From: an uncultured Candidatus Saccharibacteria bacterium
GTDB lineage: Bacteria > Patescibacteriota > Minisyncoccia > Phycocordibacterales > UBA918
Reading direction: 5' to 3'
Assembly: GCA_964353135.1 (NCBI GenBank)
Contig: CAYGTV010000001.1
Location: forward strand, 216,217-280,216
DNA: 64,000 bases
Every line of letters begins with the position of its first letter. The stretch's first letter is position 1. Below are positions 47,673 to 56,930 of the stretch, piece by piece. The position numbers were made by a program, and so were the translations under genes. A model generated the notes under the pieces. That model saw nothing but the letters and a program-made list of their open reading frames with translations, searched no databases and was not told where the DNA came from.

Positions 47673-48210
47673 ACGTGTGGTTGAACTCGTGCACTATACC
47701 ATCTTTGAGACGGCTGTTGATTGAATTTGAGATAGCTTGGTACGCGTCCAACCGGTCTTCTAATCGTTTGCCAAAATCCTGCATAAACCGATTGTGGTCA
47801 GCGTGATATTCCTCTACTACACTGCGAAAATTATGAGCCTTGTCAGCGGCAGCAATCATGACAGCTTGTTGTGGTCCGTTTTTTATCTGTTTGGCGTATC
47901 GTAGTTTACTTTCGAGCCAATTGTCTGTCCCAGGTCCTGCATGTTTGGGTTCAGTGAGACAAACAACTATTTCAGTGACTGTTTCACCAAAATCAATTGT
48001 CATTTCTGCGGCTGCGTAATCTGTGTCTTCTAAGGTGTCATGTAAAAGTGCAGCGACAAGGGTGTCTTCGTCATTGGTGTAGTCTCTTAAAATGAGCGTC
48101 ACTGCCATTAGGTGCGTCACATAAGGAATCGGAACCGCTCCTTTGCGCATATGATCCTGGTGCAACACTGCGGCTGCTTGGATGGCCTGTTCAACTTTGA
48201 ACGTATACAT
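47614..48210 (-). CDS. HD-domain protein, RelA/SpoT-type (p)ppGpp hydrolase-like small alarmone hydrolase
   Basis: H...HL...ALLHDTLEDT HD motif typical of SpoT hydrolase domain. Confidence 0.65.
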   Translation of the reverse strand: MYTFKVEQAIQAAAVLHQDHMRKGAVPIPYVTHLMAVTLILRDYTNDEDTLVAALLHDTLEDTDYAAAEMTIDFGETVTEIVVCLTEPKHAGPGTDNWLESKLRYAKQIKNGPQQAVMIAAADKAHNFRSVVEEYHADHNRFMQDFGKRLEDRLDAYQAISNSINSRLKDGIVHEFNHTFDAYKQFILDVKTSKDGES

Positions 48211-48217
48211 AGTCCTT

Positions 48218-48553
48218 TTATAATACCACTCCTTCAGCTAATAGGAGCTTCTTTTTGGTACTTACGCCCCCACGGTTGTATCCACCTAGTCCCCCATCAG
48301 TACGTATTACTCGGTGACAAGGCACATCTGGATCATAGTTGGCGGCCATGATGTTCGCCACCGCCCGAGCAGCCTTTGGGTTTCCAGCCGCTATAGCTAC
48401 CTCCTTATAGGTCATGACTGAGCCTTTAGGGATACAAGCGACGACTTGTTTTACAATTGTGGTAAACCTTGTCATATAGCTGAGGTTATTTTGAATGGAG
48501 TCTAATAAAGTCCTCTCTGCTAATTGAGGCGCGAGCAATCGGTCTGTCCTCAC
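48218..48553 (-). CDS. methylated-DNA--protein-cysteine methyltransferase, minimal DNA-binding/catalytic domain only (true start probably Met at 48478)
   Basis: Active-site PCHRVI motif, downstream GGL..Y. Confidence 0.75.
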   Translation of the reverse strand: MRTDRLLAPQLAERTLLDSIQNNLSYMTRFTTIVKQVVACIPKGSVMTYKEVAIAAGNPKAARAVANIMAANYDPDVPCHRVIRTDGGLGGYNRGGVSTKKKLLLAEGVVL

Positions 48554-49157
48554 CCGAGAAAAGAGATCGGCGTTCAGCTTCGTCTATCTCACCCTCAATC
48601 GTAAACCCGAGCTTCTCTAGCAAGGCAGGATTTTTAGCTACTATCCAGGATGTAGCATATACCATCCCAACTTCATCGACAGCTTTCAGTTGCTCAGCAG
48701 CTAATCTAAGACCCTCACGCAATAGGCGCAACTGCTCTGGGCGGTCTGTTAGCATGTTTGGAAATACGTGTAGATGCATATTCTTATCTTCGTCTAGATG
48801 ATAGTGCAAAAGATCATTCAAGCGCTCATTTTTATCAGATAACGCTTCATCCTGTTGTTCTCGTTGAAATCCAGCTGGATCAGCCTCTATGCGGCTAATT
48901 ACCGGTGCATAGGCTTCTAATACGGTCTCTGTAAAGGTGTCTAAATCATCTATCTGCTCTACACCTTCCAGCACCTTTCCGGCTTGGATTAGGTCCATGT
49001 CAGTTAACCAACTGTAGTTGCTAAGCCGCATAAGAATATTTTCACGCCGTTTGCTTGGCTCTACTGTTTCAAACAATGAGGCAATGTTCTTTTTAGCTAC
49101 GGTAACAACTTTACTATCTGGCTGTTTTTCTTCTCTAAACACATGTTCATTTTCCAT
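48486..49157 (-). CDS. hypothetical protein (223 aa)
   Basis: ORF with no recognised motif; C-terminal region weakly acetyltransferase-fold-like. Confidence 0.45.
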   Translation of the reverse strand: MENEHVFREEKQPDSKVVTVAKKNIASLFETVEPSKRRENILMRLSNYSWLTDMDLIQAGKVLEGVEQIDDLDTFTETVLEAYAPVISRIEADPAGFQREQQDEALSDKNERLNDLLHYHLDEDKNMHLHVFPNMLTDRPEQLRLLREGLRLAAEQLKAVDEVGMVYATSWIVAKNPALLEKLGFTIEGEIDEAERRSLFSGEDRPIARASISREDFIRLHSK

Positions 49158-49159
49158 AG

Positions 49160-50101
49160 TTATTTCTTATTCTCGTTATGAATCTTGAGTAGCTTTTTCC
49201 CACACGCTTCGCGATACGGACAGAATTCACAAGCTTCACCAATCTCTGGTATTGTTTTTTGATCTAGACAAGCTTTGATTTCAAGCAGGGTTGGTTCAAT
49301 CCAGTCGGTGACTGCCGGCACTTCTACTAATGTCGTTTCAAACTGTAGAGTGTCGCCAAACTCAGGGAGTGATTTGTCAGCGTTGGCATACACGAGGTAT
49401 CCGGTGTCTTCAACCGTAAATCCATTTTGCTCCAGCAGCCATTTGTAGACTCCGAGCTGGCGAGTGTATTGCTGTTCCCACGGACTATCACCTAGTTTAT
49501 CGATACGTGCATCTTTGCTGGTTGATTTGTAGTCTACGATGATGAGGTTTCCGGCTGGATTAACCCAGATGTCGTCTACTCCACCACTGATAACCATGCC
49601 GGTTGGTTGGTGTTTGTGCATGATGGCTACAAATGGATCACGCCAGGTTTCTAGGTCTGCGTGCTGGAACGGCACAGCATTGATGCCATATTGTTCCATT
49701 ATCGGGTGTGATTCTTTGTTTTCACGGTAGATGTCGAACTCTTTTTTAAATAGTTCATCAACCGCGATGTTGAGGTTAAACGACGGAAAACCTGGCCGTT
49801 TAGTTCCTAGAACGTTATCTAACCAAAAACACCGGGGACACTCAAAGAAAAAGTCAATCTTACTACGCGATAACTTCCATTTTGGTCCACCATAGTTCCA
49901 TTCTGCGCTGCGGTTCGGGTTGTATTTGTAGGTGTATCCTGCCATATATGTGTAGTATAGCAGAAACTGGTAGTTGATTGCGGTATCAGCTGCTAGAATG
50001 ATTCTCATGAAAAGCTCACAACAAGCCTGGGAGGCAGAGTACTCCAGTAAACGACTCATGACAGGCCAAAAGCCGGCTAAATCATTTCTGAACTGGATCA
50101 A
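49160..50101 (-). CDS. PD-(D/E)xK nuclease with Cas4/AddB-like Cys cluster (likely real start Met at 49945)
   Basis: GGVDDIW...IVDYKST (D...D/ExK) core; CPRC near N-terminus and CEFCPYREAC at C-terminus typical of Fe-S Cas4-like nucleases. Confidence 0.65.
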   Translation of the reverse strand: MIQFRNDLAGFWPVMSRLLEYSASQACCELFMRIILAADTAINYQFLLYYTYMAGYTYKYNPNRSAEWNYGGPKWKLSRSKIDFFFECPRCFWLDNVLGTKRPGFPSFNLNIAVDELFKKEFDIYRENKESHPIMEQYGINAVPFQHADLETWRDPFVAIMHKHQPTGMVISGGVDDIWVNPAGNLIIVDYKSTSKDARIDKLGDSPWEQQYTRQLGVYKWLLEQNGFTVEDTGYLVYANADKSLPEFGDTLQFETTLVEVPAVTDWIEPTLLEIKACLDQKTIPEIGEACEFCPYREACGKKLLKIHNENKK

Positions 50102-50711
50102 ACACGTAGTACTAACTAAGGGTTTGCGTGGTCAGACAGAAAAATTGTCTGGGATGTCTGTACTGGACTTGGGTAGTGGTGAAGGTAAAAATGCTCTTTT
50201 CCTTGCTGATATGGGTGCCTCGGTCAGCTGCATTGAGCTGGCTACAAATGCAGTTACTACGACCATACAGCGCGCAAAACAGGAACAGCTCGACAATCGA
50301 ATTTCGGTGACTCATGGATCGATCGGGGTGCCCTACTGGTTTCCAGATGAAGCGTTTGATCTGATACTAGATGTTACTTCCTCTAATTCACTAAGTGAGT
50401 CTGAGCGACAAATCTACCTGTCTGAATCAGCACGAGTGCTGAAACCTGACGGAATGATGTTTGTTCGGGCACTGTGCCGAGATGGAGACAGTAATGCAAA
50501 AATGCTGTTACAGCTACACCCTGGGGTTGAGCATGATACGTACATGCAGCCGGACTGGGGTTTGGTAGAACGAGTCTTTACCGAGTCAGATATACGAGCG
50601 TTATACGAGCAGTATTTTACAATTGAAAAGCTCGTTAAAGAAACACACTATACAACGTTTGGAGACAGAAAGTACAAACGTAATTTTTGGATACTATATT
50701 TAGTTAAATAA
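49974..50711 (+). CDS. class I SAM-dependent methyltransferase (start possibly further downstream)
   Basis: Motif I VLDLGSGEGKNALFLA; no DNA-MTase DPPY/PCQ motifs. Confidence 0.7.
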   Translation: MIAVSAARMILMKSSQQAWEAEYSSKRLMTGQKPAKSFLNWIKHVVLTKGLRGQTEKLSGMSVLDLGSGEGKNALFLADMGASVSCIELATNAVTTTIQRAKQEQLDNRISVTHGSIGVPYWFPDEAFDLILDVTSSNSLSESERQIYLSESARVLKPDGMMFVRALCRDGDSNAKMLLQLHPGVEHDTYMQPDWGLVERVFTESDIRALYEQYFTIEKLVKETHYTTFGDRKYKRNFWILYLVK

Positions 50712-50773
50712 TCACCTACCAAGGAAAAACACTATGAGTCATGACTCATAGTGTTTTTCGGTTAAGCGTTTGG

Positions 50774-51322
50774 TTATTGTGCTGTGAAGGTAGCAAAGAT
50801 CTGGTCGATCTGTACATCACCCGCTGGGTTGAACGCATTGTCACCGTTGTCGCTAAATACAACGACTGCATATTGTTGTCCAACTCGGGTTGAATCCTGG
50901 AGGATGATGTTTTCTGGTACGACTCCGGCAGCAGCACTAAATCGTACTACTCCTTTAATAAACCCTAGTTGACCATTGTTGTAGTCACGAACACCAATCC
51001 ATCCTTCCTCGATTGGGTAGGTTGCTCGTTCAAGAGAAACTGATCGTCCGGCAGCTTGGTCGTTAACTACTACTGATCCGTCACCAACTGGAAGTGTTGG
51101 CGCTACTGTTGGTTCACTTGTGGCCGTATCTTGACCTTCTGCCATTTCTTCCATTTCGCCCTCTTCCATCTCACCTGCTTCAGTATCGTCTTGGGCTCGG
51201 TCGGAAACGTTTGCTTGGTCAGCTGGACCAGAAAATGCCCATACCAACATACCACCGATAAGGAGACCGACTACGAAAGATACGAGTGTCTTTGATCCGT
51301 CTTGTTGTTCTTCTGCTGCCAT
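50774..51322 (-). CDS. hypothetical membrane-anchored/secreted protein with acidic EMEEGEMEE stretch
   Basis: N-terminal signal-anchor LVSFVVGLLIGGMLVWAF. Confidence 0.45.
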   Translation of the reverse strand: MAAEEQQDGSKTLVSFVVGLLIGGMLVWAFSGPADQANVSDRAQDDTEAGEMEEGEMEEMAEGQDTATSEPTVAPTLPVGDGSVVVNDQAAGRSVSLERATYPIEEGWIGVRDYNNGQLGFIKGVVRFSAAAGVVPENIILQDSTRVGQQYAVVVFSDNGDNAFNPAGDVQIDQIFATFTAQ

Positions 51323-51407
51323 ACGAAAAATTTATGAATTGCTGTAATAAGTAATACAACGAGTATAACACAAGGTGTTTTACGTCAAAGTATTGACAGT
51401 CAGGCAT

Positions 51408-52250
51408 TTATTCAGTCATTTTGCTCTTGCATAGTTCCCTAGCTTCGTTGAGAACTGATTCATAACGTCGTTTTGGTAGGTGTAGCACTTTTAGAATATG
51501 AGGTTTTGATACTAGATCGCTACACAAAATGATGTCTCTCTCTATGAGAATCCTAGCTTGCTTGGCAGAGAGCTCTTGTAGTACGGTTATCGGATACACC
51601 CCGGCTCGTTGAATACGGTCGTGCAGATTGTCTTTTTTGGGATAATCCCATGATAAAAGTTTTAGTCCAACACAGTTCCCGTAGTCTCTAGCAGCTGATG
51701 TGAATTTTGTATTTGTGATCAACCAAAACTCCTTGATGCCACAAATGTCATCAAAACAAATTTTCTGGTCTTGGAGATCTATCAGTCGCGCATACGAATA
51801 CATTGCAACCTGAAGGTCTGATTTGATTCCAGGACGGGCATGGAATTTTGCTTCGCCAACAAAACTATGGTCAGTTTTATATGCAGAAATATCTATTTCG
51901 TGTTGAGCGCACTTTCCCTGAATGATGCTTCCAGTAGTGGTTGTGTACCCATCAAGAGCAAATAGTCGACAAAGGAATTTTTCAAATGGAAATCCGGTTG
52001 GACCTAGATTAAATAATGCGCGCCGGAGTGAGTAGCGTGCCGCCACAGGAGAGCCACTATGGTGTAGTAACCGAAAAGCATTTCGATAGATTTCCTGCGT
52101 CGATATCCCGTCATGAAGAGATGGTGTCAGTTCTGCTATGACAGTATTAACTTCATCAGGTTGCGCACCAGAACGCCGCAAGGAACGGCGGAGTTTTTCC
52201 AGCTTAAAATATTCTACCGTTCCATCGGCTTTAGTAATCTGAATTGGCAC
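51408..52250 (-). CDS. ATP-cone domain fused to Mrr-like (PD-(D/E)xK) restriction endonuclease domain
   Basis: N-terminal ITKADGTVEYFKLEKLRRSL ATP-cone pattern; C-terminal FEKFL..LDGY...GKCAQHEIDISAYK...VGEAKFH...WLITNTKFTSAARDYG resembles Mrr catalytic domain. Confidence 0.6.
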   Translation of the reverse strand: MPIQITKADGTVEYFKLEKLRRSLRRSGAQPDEVNTVIAELTPSLHDGISTQEIYRNAFRLLHHSGSPVAARYSLRRALFNLGPTGFPFEKFLCRLFALDGYTTTTGSIIQGKCAQHEIDISAYKTDHSFVGEAKFHARPGIKSDLQVAMYSYARLIDLQDQKICFDDICGIKEFWLITNTKFTSAARDYGNCVGLKLLSWDYPKKDNLHDRIQRAGVYPITVLQELSAKQARILIERDIILCSDLVSKPHILKVLHLPKRRYESVLNEARELCKSKMTE

Positions 52251-53315
52251 TTACACGAGTATACCACCACCGATACACAGCGACCCTGCGTATAGTACAC
52301 AGGACTGACCACTGGCTGGTTTTTCGGTACTCTCAGTTGGTTTGAGTCTTATCACCTCTGCGTCTATGGCAGTGACAGTTGCTTTGAGGGGTTGCTGGCG
52401 ATACCTGATTTGAAATTCGACTTCTTCCCCGGCAGTAATTGGTGTCCGTAGTACTACGTTTGTTAGTGTTAGAGCGTCAGTGTCAGCCACCTGTTCTAAC
52501 TCGGGAGCAACTGTTAGGGTGTTATTTTTGATATCACGTGCAATGATAAAAAGTGGTTTTCGGTTTGCATCCTGGTTTGTGATGGTCAGTCCGTGACGCT
52601 GACCAATTGTGTACACTAGTGCACCTTTATGAGTACCAACTACGTTTCCGTCACGATCAAGTACCTCACCAGGAACCAGATCAATGTAGTGAGAGAGAAA
52701 CTCTGGAATATCAACATGTCCAAGGAAGCAGATGCCTTGGCTGTCTCTTTTAGTAGCTACTGGGATTCTAGATACTTCTGCTTCTTCCCGGATTTGTGTT
52801 TTTGGTGTATTTCCAACTGGAAACAAAGTCCGGTCAAGCTGCTCTTGTGACAGAGTCCACAAGAAATAGGTTTGATCCTTGCCAGTGTCTACACCGCGAT
52901 GCATTCCAGCCCCACTGTTACCTTCTAGTCGCTGTGCATAGTGACCGGTTGCAATATAATCCGCACCCTTTTCTAGTGCAAAATCCATAAATCGGCCAAA
53001 TTTGACATGTTGATTACACATAACGTCTGGGTTAGGAGTTCGTCCCGCTCGGTACTCTTGTATGAAAAAATCCGCAACGTCATCACGGTATGCATCCTCT
53101 GCATCACAGGTTAGAAATGGAATTCCCAGGTGAGCAGCAACTCTCATAGCATCAAGCCGCTCCTGCTCCCAGTTGCAGACCATAAAGTCTGGATGCCACA
53201 CCTTTATGAACACTCCAACTACATTGTATCCATCATCAATAAGCCGCTTGGCAGCGACTGAGCTATCGACCCCTCCCGAGAGTCCGACAAAGACTGTGAT
53301 ATCAGCATTATTCAT
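52251..53315 (-). CDS. mnmA: tRNA 2-thiouridine(34) synthase MnmA
   Basis: PP-loop VGLSGGVDSSVAA, catalytic Cys region, 354 aa. Confidence 0.9.
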   Translation of the reverse strand: MNNADITVFVGLSGGVDSSVAAKRLIDDGYNVVGVFIKVWHPDFMVCNWEQERLDAMRVAAHLGIPFLTCDAEDAYRDDVADFFIQEYRAGRTPNPDVMCNQHVKFGRFMDFALEKGADYIATGHYAQRLEGNSGAGMHRGVDTGKDQTYFLWTLSQEQLDRTLFPVGNTPKTQIREEAEVSRIPVATKRDSQGICFLGHVDIPEFLSHYIDLVPGEVLDRDGNVVGTHKGALVYTIGQRHGLTITNQDANRKPLFIIARDIKNNTLTVAPELEQVADTDALTLTNVVLRTPITAGEEVEFQIRYRQQPLKATVTAIDAEVIRLKPTESTEKPASGQSCVLYAGSLCIGGGILV

Positions 53316-53330
53316 GTCGCCAGGCTACCA

Positions 53331-54389
53331 TTACCGCAAGTGTCTTTCAATATTAATCAGGTGCTGATCGTAGGTTTCTGCGTAGTAGAACTCTCCATCG
53401 TTGCCAGTGATGTAGTAGAAGTAGTCTGATGGGATTGGGTTGATAATTGCTGCAATCGCGGTTTCACCTGGGTTTCCAATTGGGGTTGGCGGTAGGCCAG
53501 GATTTAGGTAGGTGTTGTAGGGACTGTCTAGCTCCCTCAGTTCAGCAGCTAGTTGCCCTGGTGGCAGGCCACCTAGTGGAGTTTCAAGTGCGTACTCGAT
53601 TGAAGCGTCGGCTTGTAGCGGCATACCAATCGCGAGGCGGTTAAGAAAGATACCAGCTACCGTTCGCATGGATTCAGGAGAGTTAGCCTCTCGTTCTAAA
53701 ATTGATGCCAGGATGAGTACTTCTTCTCTGGTAAGGCTGCTATCAGCAATTGCTTGTCCGTATTTCTCCACTACTTTTTGGTGCGTTGTCTGTAACAGCT
53801 CAACTAATTCTTCAGTCGTATAATCTGGCGGTACTCGATAGGTGTCTGGAAATAACTGCCCTTCCAAATTTGAAGTCAGCGATTCAAACAAACTTTGATC
53901 AAAGCTGTTTAGGGTTGCTGTGGCACGAGCCCCAAAAGCCGCCACGCTTTCACCTTCAATAAAAGTGATAGAAATGAGGTCATTATTAAACTCCCCAGCT
54001 ATTATTTTTTCTGCTACTGCAAATACATCCAATGGCTCGGTAAAGCTATATGTGCTGGCTTTGATTTGGGTCGGGTCCTGCCAATATCGTAACACTGCAA
54101 ACAGTAAGTGTTCGGATTGCACAACGTTGGCTTCAGCTAGTTTTGAGGCTATTTGCATGACACTCTCACCTGGTTCGATCACCACTGTTTGTGGTGTGAA
54201 GTCACTCGGGGCTGTATGCCAAAAATAGAATAGAGCACCCATCAGTAGTAGGGGTGTAAATAACAGGATGTCGAACAATACGAACCAAACCCAAAACCGT
54301 GTATTGGATACCGGTATAGGTAACGAGCTGTTTGGTTGAGCTTGATTTGGGTCAAAGGGTTCTAGCTGTGCTGGCTGGTCGGGTTCCAT
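53331..54389 (-). CDS. mltG: endolytic murein transglycosylase MltG (YceG-like)
   Basis: N-terminal TM, C-terminal SPYNTYLNPGLPPTPIGNPG signature. Confidence 0.8.
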   Translation of the reverse strand: MEPDQPAQLEPFDPNQAQPNSSLPIPVSNTRFWVWFVLFDILLFTPLLLMGALFYFWHTAPSDFTPQTVVIEPGESVMQIASKLAEANVVQSEHLLFAVLRYWQDPTQIKASTYSFTEPLDVFAVAEKIIAGEFNNDLISITFIEGESVAAFGARATATLNSFDQSLFESLTSNLEGQLFPDTYRVPPDYTTEELVELLQTTHQKVVEKYGQAIADSSLTREEVLILASILEREANSPESMRTVAGIFLNRLAIGMPLQADASIEYALETPLGGLPPGQLAAELRELDSPYNTYLNPGLPPTPIGNPGETAIAAIINPIPSDYFYYITGNDGEFYYAETYDQHLINIERHLR

Positions 54390-54392
54390 AGA

Positions 54393-55778
54393 CTAGAAAG
54401 GTAACTCACCCACCGGCAAATTGCCAGGTGCGTTTTGTCGCTTGGATGCGATTCGGGACAGTCCGGGGGTCAGTACTGAGCTGCCTGGGATATGGTAAAT
54501 AGTTGCTAGTTCCTCAACTGACATGGTTTTTGGTTGGTGGATGTCGTTTACTCGTCCTGTACCAGCCCAATACTTTCGTAGCTTGAAGTGTTCCACCTCC
54601 TCTTTTTTACGGGCGATTTTTTTTGCACCTGTCACGTCCTCGTACCAACTGTTGTCAAAGTCAGTTTTCCAGCGTGGCGCCAAAGAGTTGCGGCCAATGA
54701 CACTATACTGAGTAAACACACCAAAGGTTGGAGCAATCATAAGTGGATTGAACTGCGTTTTGTCGAGAGTTACATACATTGTGCGGATTGCAACGTCATA
54801 TGCAGGTTTGCTGATATTCCTTTCGATGGCAGCAATGGTGTCGCGCTCCCCTCCCGTAAGCATCGGACGGCTCTCTGTTTCTTCAGCTGTGCTCTGACCC
54901 TTATCGTCACGCCCCATCATTTCATTGATAGCTTTCTTTGCATCTTTTTCCCAGGTACCTTGCTCGCGCAGGTATCCATTGGCCAGATTTTCTTTGGCGT
55001 GAGGGGTACACAAAATTTGAATATATACTCGTTCGTGGGGTTTAGCTTTAGATAAAAACTCGATCGTAGCTGACATTGGTTCAAACTTCTCTTCTTCTTT
55101 GATTGGACGATCGTGTCCAAATTCTATGTAGGTTTTGATCGGATAAATGCTGTCCTCTTTTTTGATTACATGGAAGCCCATCATGTCCATCTTTTCAGGG
55201 TCCCATTGTAATTCTGATGCGTAATCTAACAACTCTTCTTCGATTTCTATTCCTGGGTAATTAGCATACAGCTGTGATTCCATGACGTCCTTTAGTTTGC
55301 TTGGTACATTGATGTAAAAACGTACCTCGCCACCAATTGAGGCTAGCTCTAGGCTGATAGGTTGCTTACCTTTGCCGTCTAGATATGCCTGAGATAGGTT
55401 ATCTGGGTTCATGGGAGCAAACACGTAGGTAAAGACACTTTCCATCGCCTCTGGGGATTTCAGGACCTCTGGTGGTAGTTTAATTCGCAAGGTCGTTCGT
55501 CCCATTTTGTAATAGAACATAGTGCGGACAAAATCCATCCAGCGGTCATAGGTCAAATAAAACAGCACCACAGGTAGAAAGAGTGGCAGTAAAAACAGTG
55601 CCAGTGAAATCGCAGGCAAAAACGCAATGTCAGACCCTCGGACAAAAAACCAGTACACTAATGCAATTACTCCAAAACAAAGTGGAATAGCAATTGCAGC
55701 AAAAGCTCCGGTAAAGACATCCTTCATGTGTGTATATTGTAGCATCAGACAAACAAAAACGGCGTGAACTATGTCCAC
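54393..55778 (-). CDS. hypothetical membrane protein (461 aa; N-terminal TM helices, large soluble domain)
   Basis: No recognised motif. Confidence 0.5.
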   Translation of the reverse strand: MDIVHAVFVCLMLQYTHMKDVFTGAFAAIAIPLCFGVIALVYWFFVRGSDIAFLPAISLALFLLPLFLPVVLFYLTYDRWMDFVRTMFYYKMGRTTLRIKLPPEVLKSPEAMESVFTYVFAPMNPDNLSQAYLDGKGKQPISLELASIGGEVRFYINVPSKLKDVMESQLYANYPGIEIEEELLDYASELQWDPEKMDMMGFHVIKKEDSIYPIKTYIEFGHDRPIKEEEKFEPMSATIEFLSKAKPHERVYIQILCTPHAKENLANGYLREQGTWEKDAKKAINEMMGRDDKGQSTAEETESRPMLTGGERDTIAAIERNISKPAYDVAIRTMYVTLDKTQFNPLMIAPTFGVFTQYSVIGRNSLAPRWKTDFDNSWYEDVTGAKKIARKKEEVEHFKLRKYWAGTGRVNDIHQPKTMSVEELATIYHIPGSSVLTPGLSRIASKRQNAPGNLPVGELPF

Positions 55779-55804
55779 GTCGTTTTTGATTTCAGTTCCC
55801 TTGT

Positions 55805-56830
55805 TTACTCAGCGATGGTGTATGTTCCGTTTGCTAATTTCTTGAACAGATTTCCGTCCTGAAGGTTTACGAGAATAGTGTTGTCTTTCACGTATCGTTC
55901 TTTTCGTACTTTGTCGATGATTTCTTCTCTAGAAAGTGGGCCTTCAGCTTCTAGGATTTCTTTGAGCACTTCTTTGACTACTCCGGCTGTGTATCCCCAT
56001 TCTGAAAGTGCGTACAATCCCCGTCCAACTAGTACAAATCGCGCGTCTTTGATTAGTTCGTTATGAGTGGTCGCGATGTGTGCCTTGTGGTCGAACAGTT
56101 CGTTGATTGTTTGTGCTACTTCTTTGAAGTGCATCGGTGATCCGTGTCGCTTTACCGCTAGGTATGCGTAGTCCCGGATTCCTTTGACTCGGATATTTGG
56201 ACTGTCAGATGGTCCCCAGTCTCCTAGGGGGTTTTGTCCGATTTGCTTTGAAATCTTGAGCCATCGCATCAATACTTCTTCGTTATGCTGCTCAGCAATT
56301 TCTGCTAATTCGGCCTTAAATCGACTAACGATTTCTGATTCACTGACTAGTTCGTCTCGCTTAAGAGATTTTCGAACTGCCCGCAGGGCCTTCTCAACCT
56401 CTTCAACTTTCTTGTGCTCGGTGAACCATCGGTGGGCGTAGTGCGGGTTTTCCTTGCTTCGATAGAAAGGATCACCAACTACTAGTAAGAAATAGAGATG
56501 ATTTCGTACCAGCGGATCAGACGATAGTTCGTCTAGCAGAACATGTTCTGCAATCAAACCGCCTCCTAGCTCATCGATCAGTTTATGCATCTCGATTAGT
56601 AGGTCGTACTGCTTTTTGTATACATCTGACTTTTGGATTGATTGAATCCCGTAGTTTTCAATCTGTCGTACACGCTCGCGGGTAATCCCGTAGCTTTGTC
56701 CGATCGCTTCGAGCGTAAAAGTCTCACCGTCTTTGTTAAGACCGTAGCGTTTTTGTAATACATCACGAGCACGCTCAGGGAGGGCTTCAAGCAATGCGGT
56801 AGTTACTTGTTCTGGTTTAAATGAAATCAT
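55805..56830 (-). CDS. sigma-70 region-4-like HTH domain protein, hypothetical
   Basis: N-terminal LPERARDVLQKRYGL...TLEAIGQSYGITRERVRQIE resembles sigma70 region 4; remainder unassigned. Confidence 0.5.
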   Translation of the reverse strand: MISFKPEQVTTALLEALPERARDVLQKRYGLNKDGETFTLEAIGQSYGITRERVRQIENYGIQSIQKSDVYKKQYDLLIEMHKLIDELGGGLIAEHVLLDELSSDPLVRNHLYFLLVVGDPFYRSKENPHYAHRWFTEHKKVEEVEKALRAVRKSLKRDELVSESEIVSRFKAELAEIAEQHNEEVLMRWLKISKQIGQNPLGDWGPSDSPNIRVKGIRDYAYLAVKRHGSPMHFKEVAQTINELFDHKAHIATTHNELIKDARFVLVGRGLYALSEWGYTAGVVKEVLKEILEAEGPLSREEIIDKVRKERYVKDNTILVNLQDGNLFKKLANGTYTIAE

Positions 56831-56930
56831 ATCTCTAATTTTTAAGGGGTCCGTTGGTGGACTGACCTCAATGCGTAGCTACATTTATAACATGTGTGTG
56901 TAAAAAGGTCAACACCTGTGTGCGTGGGTA

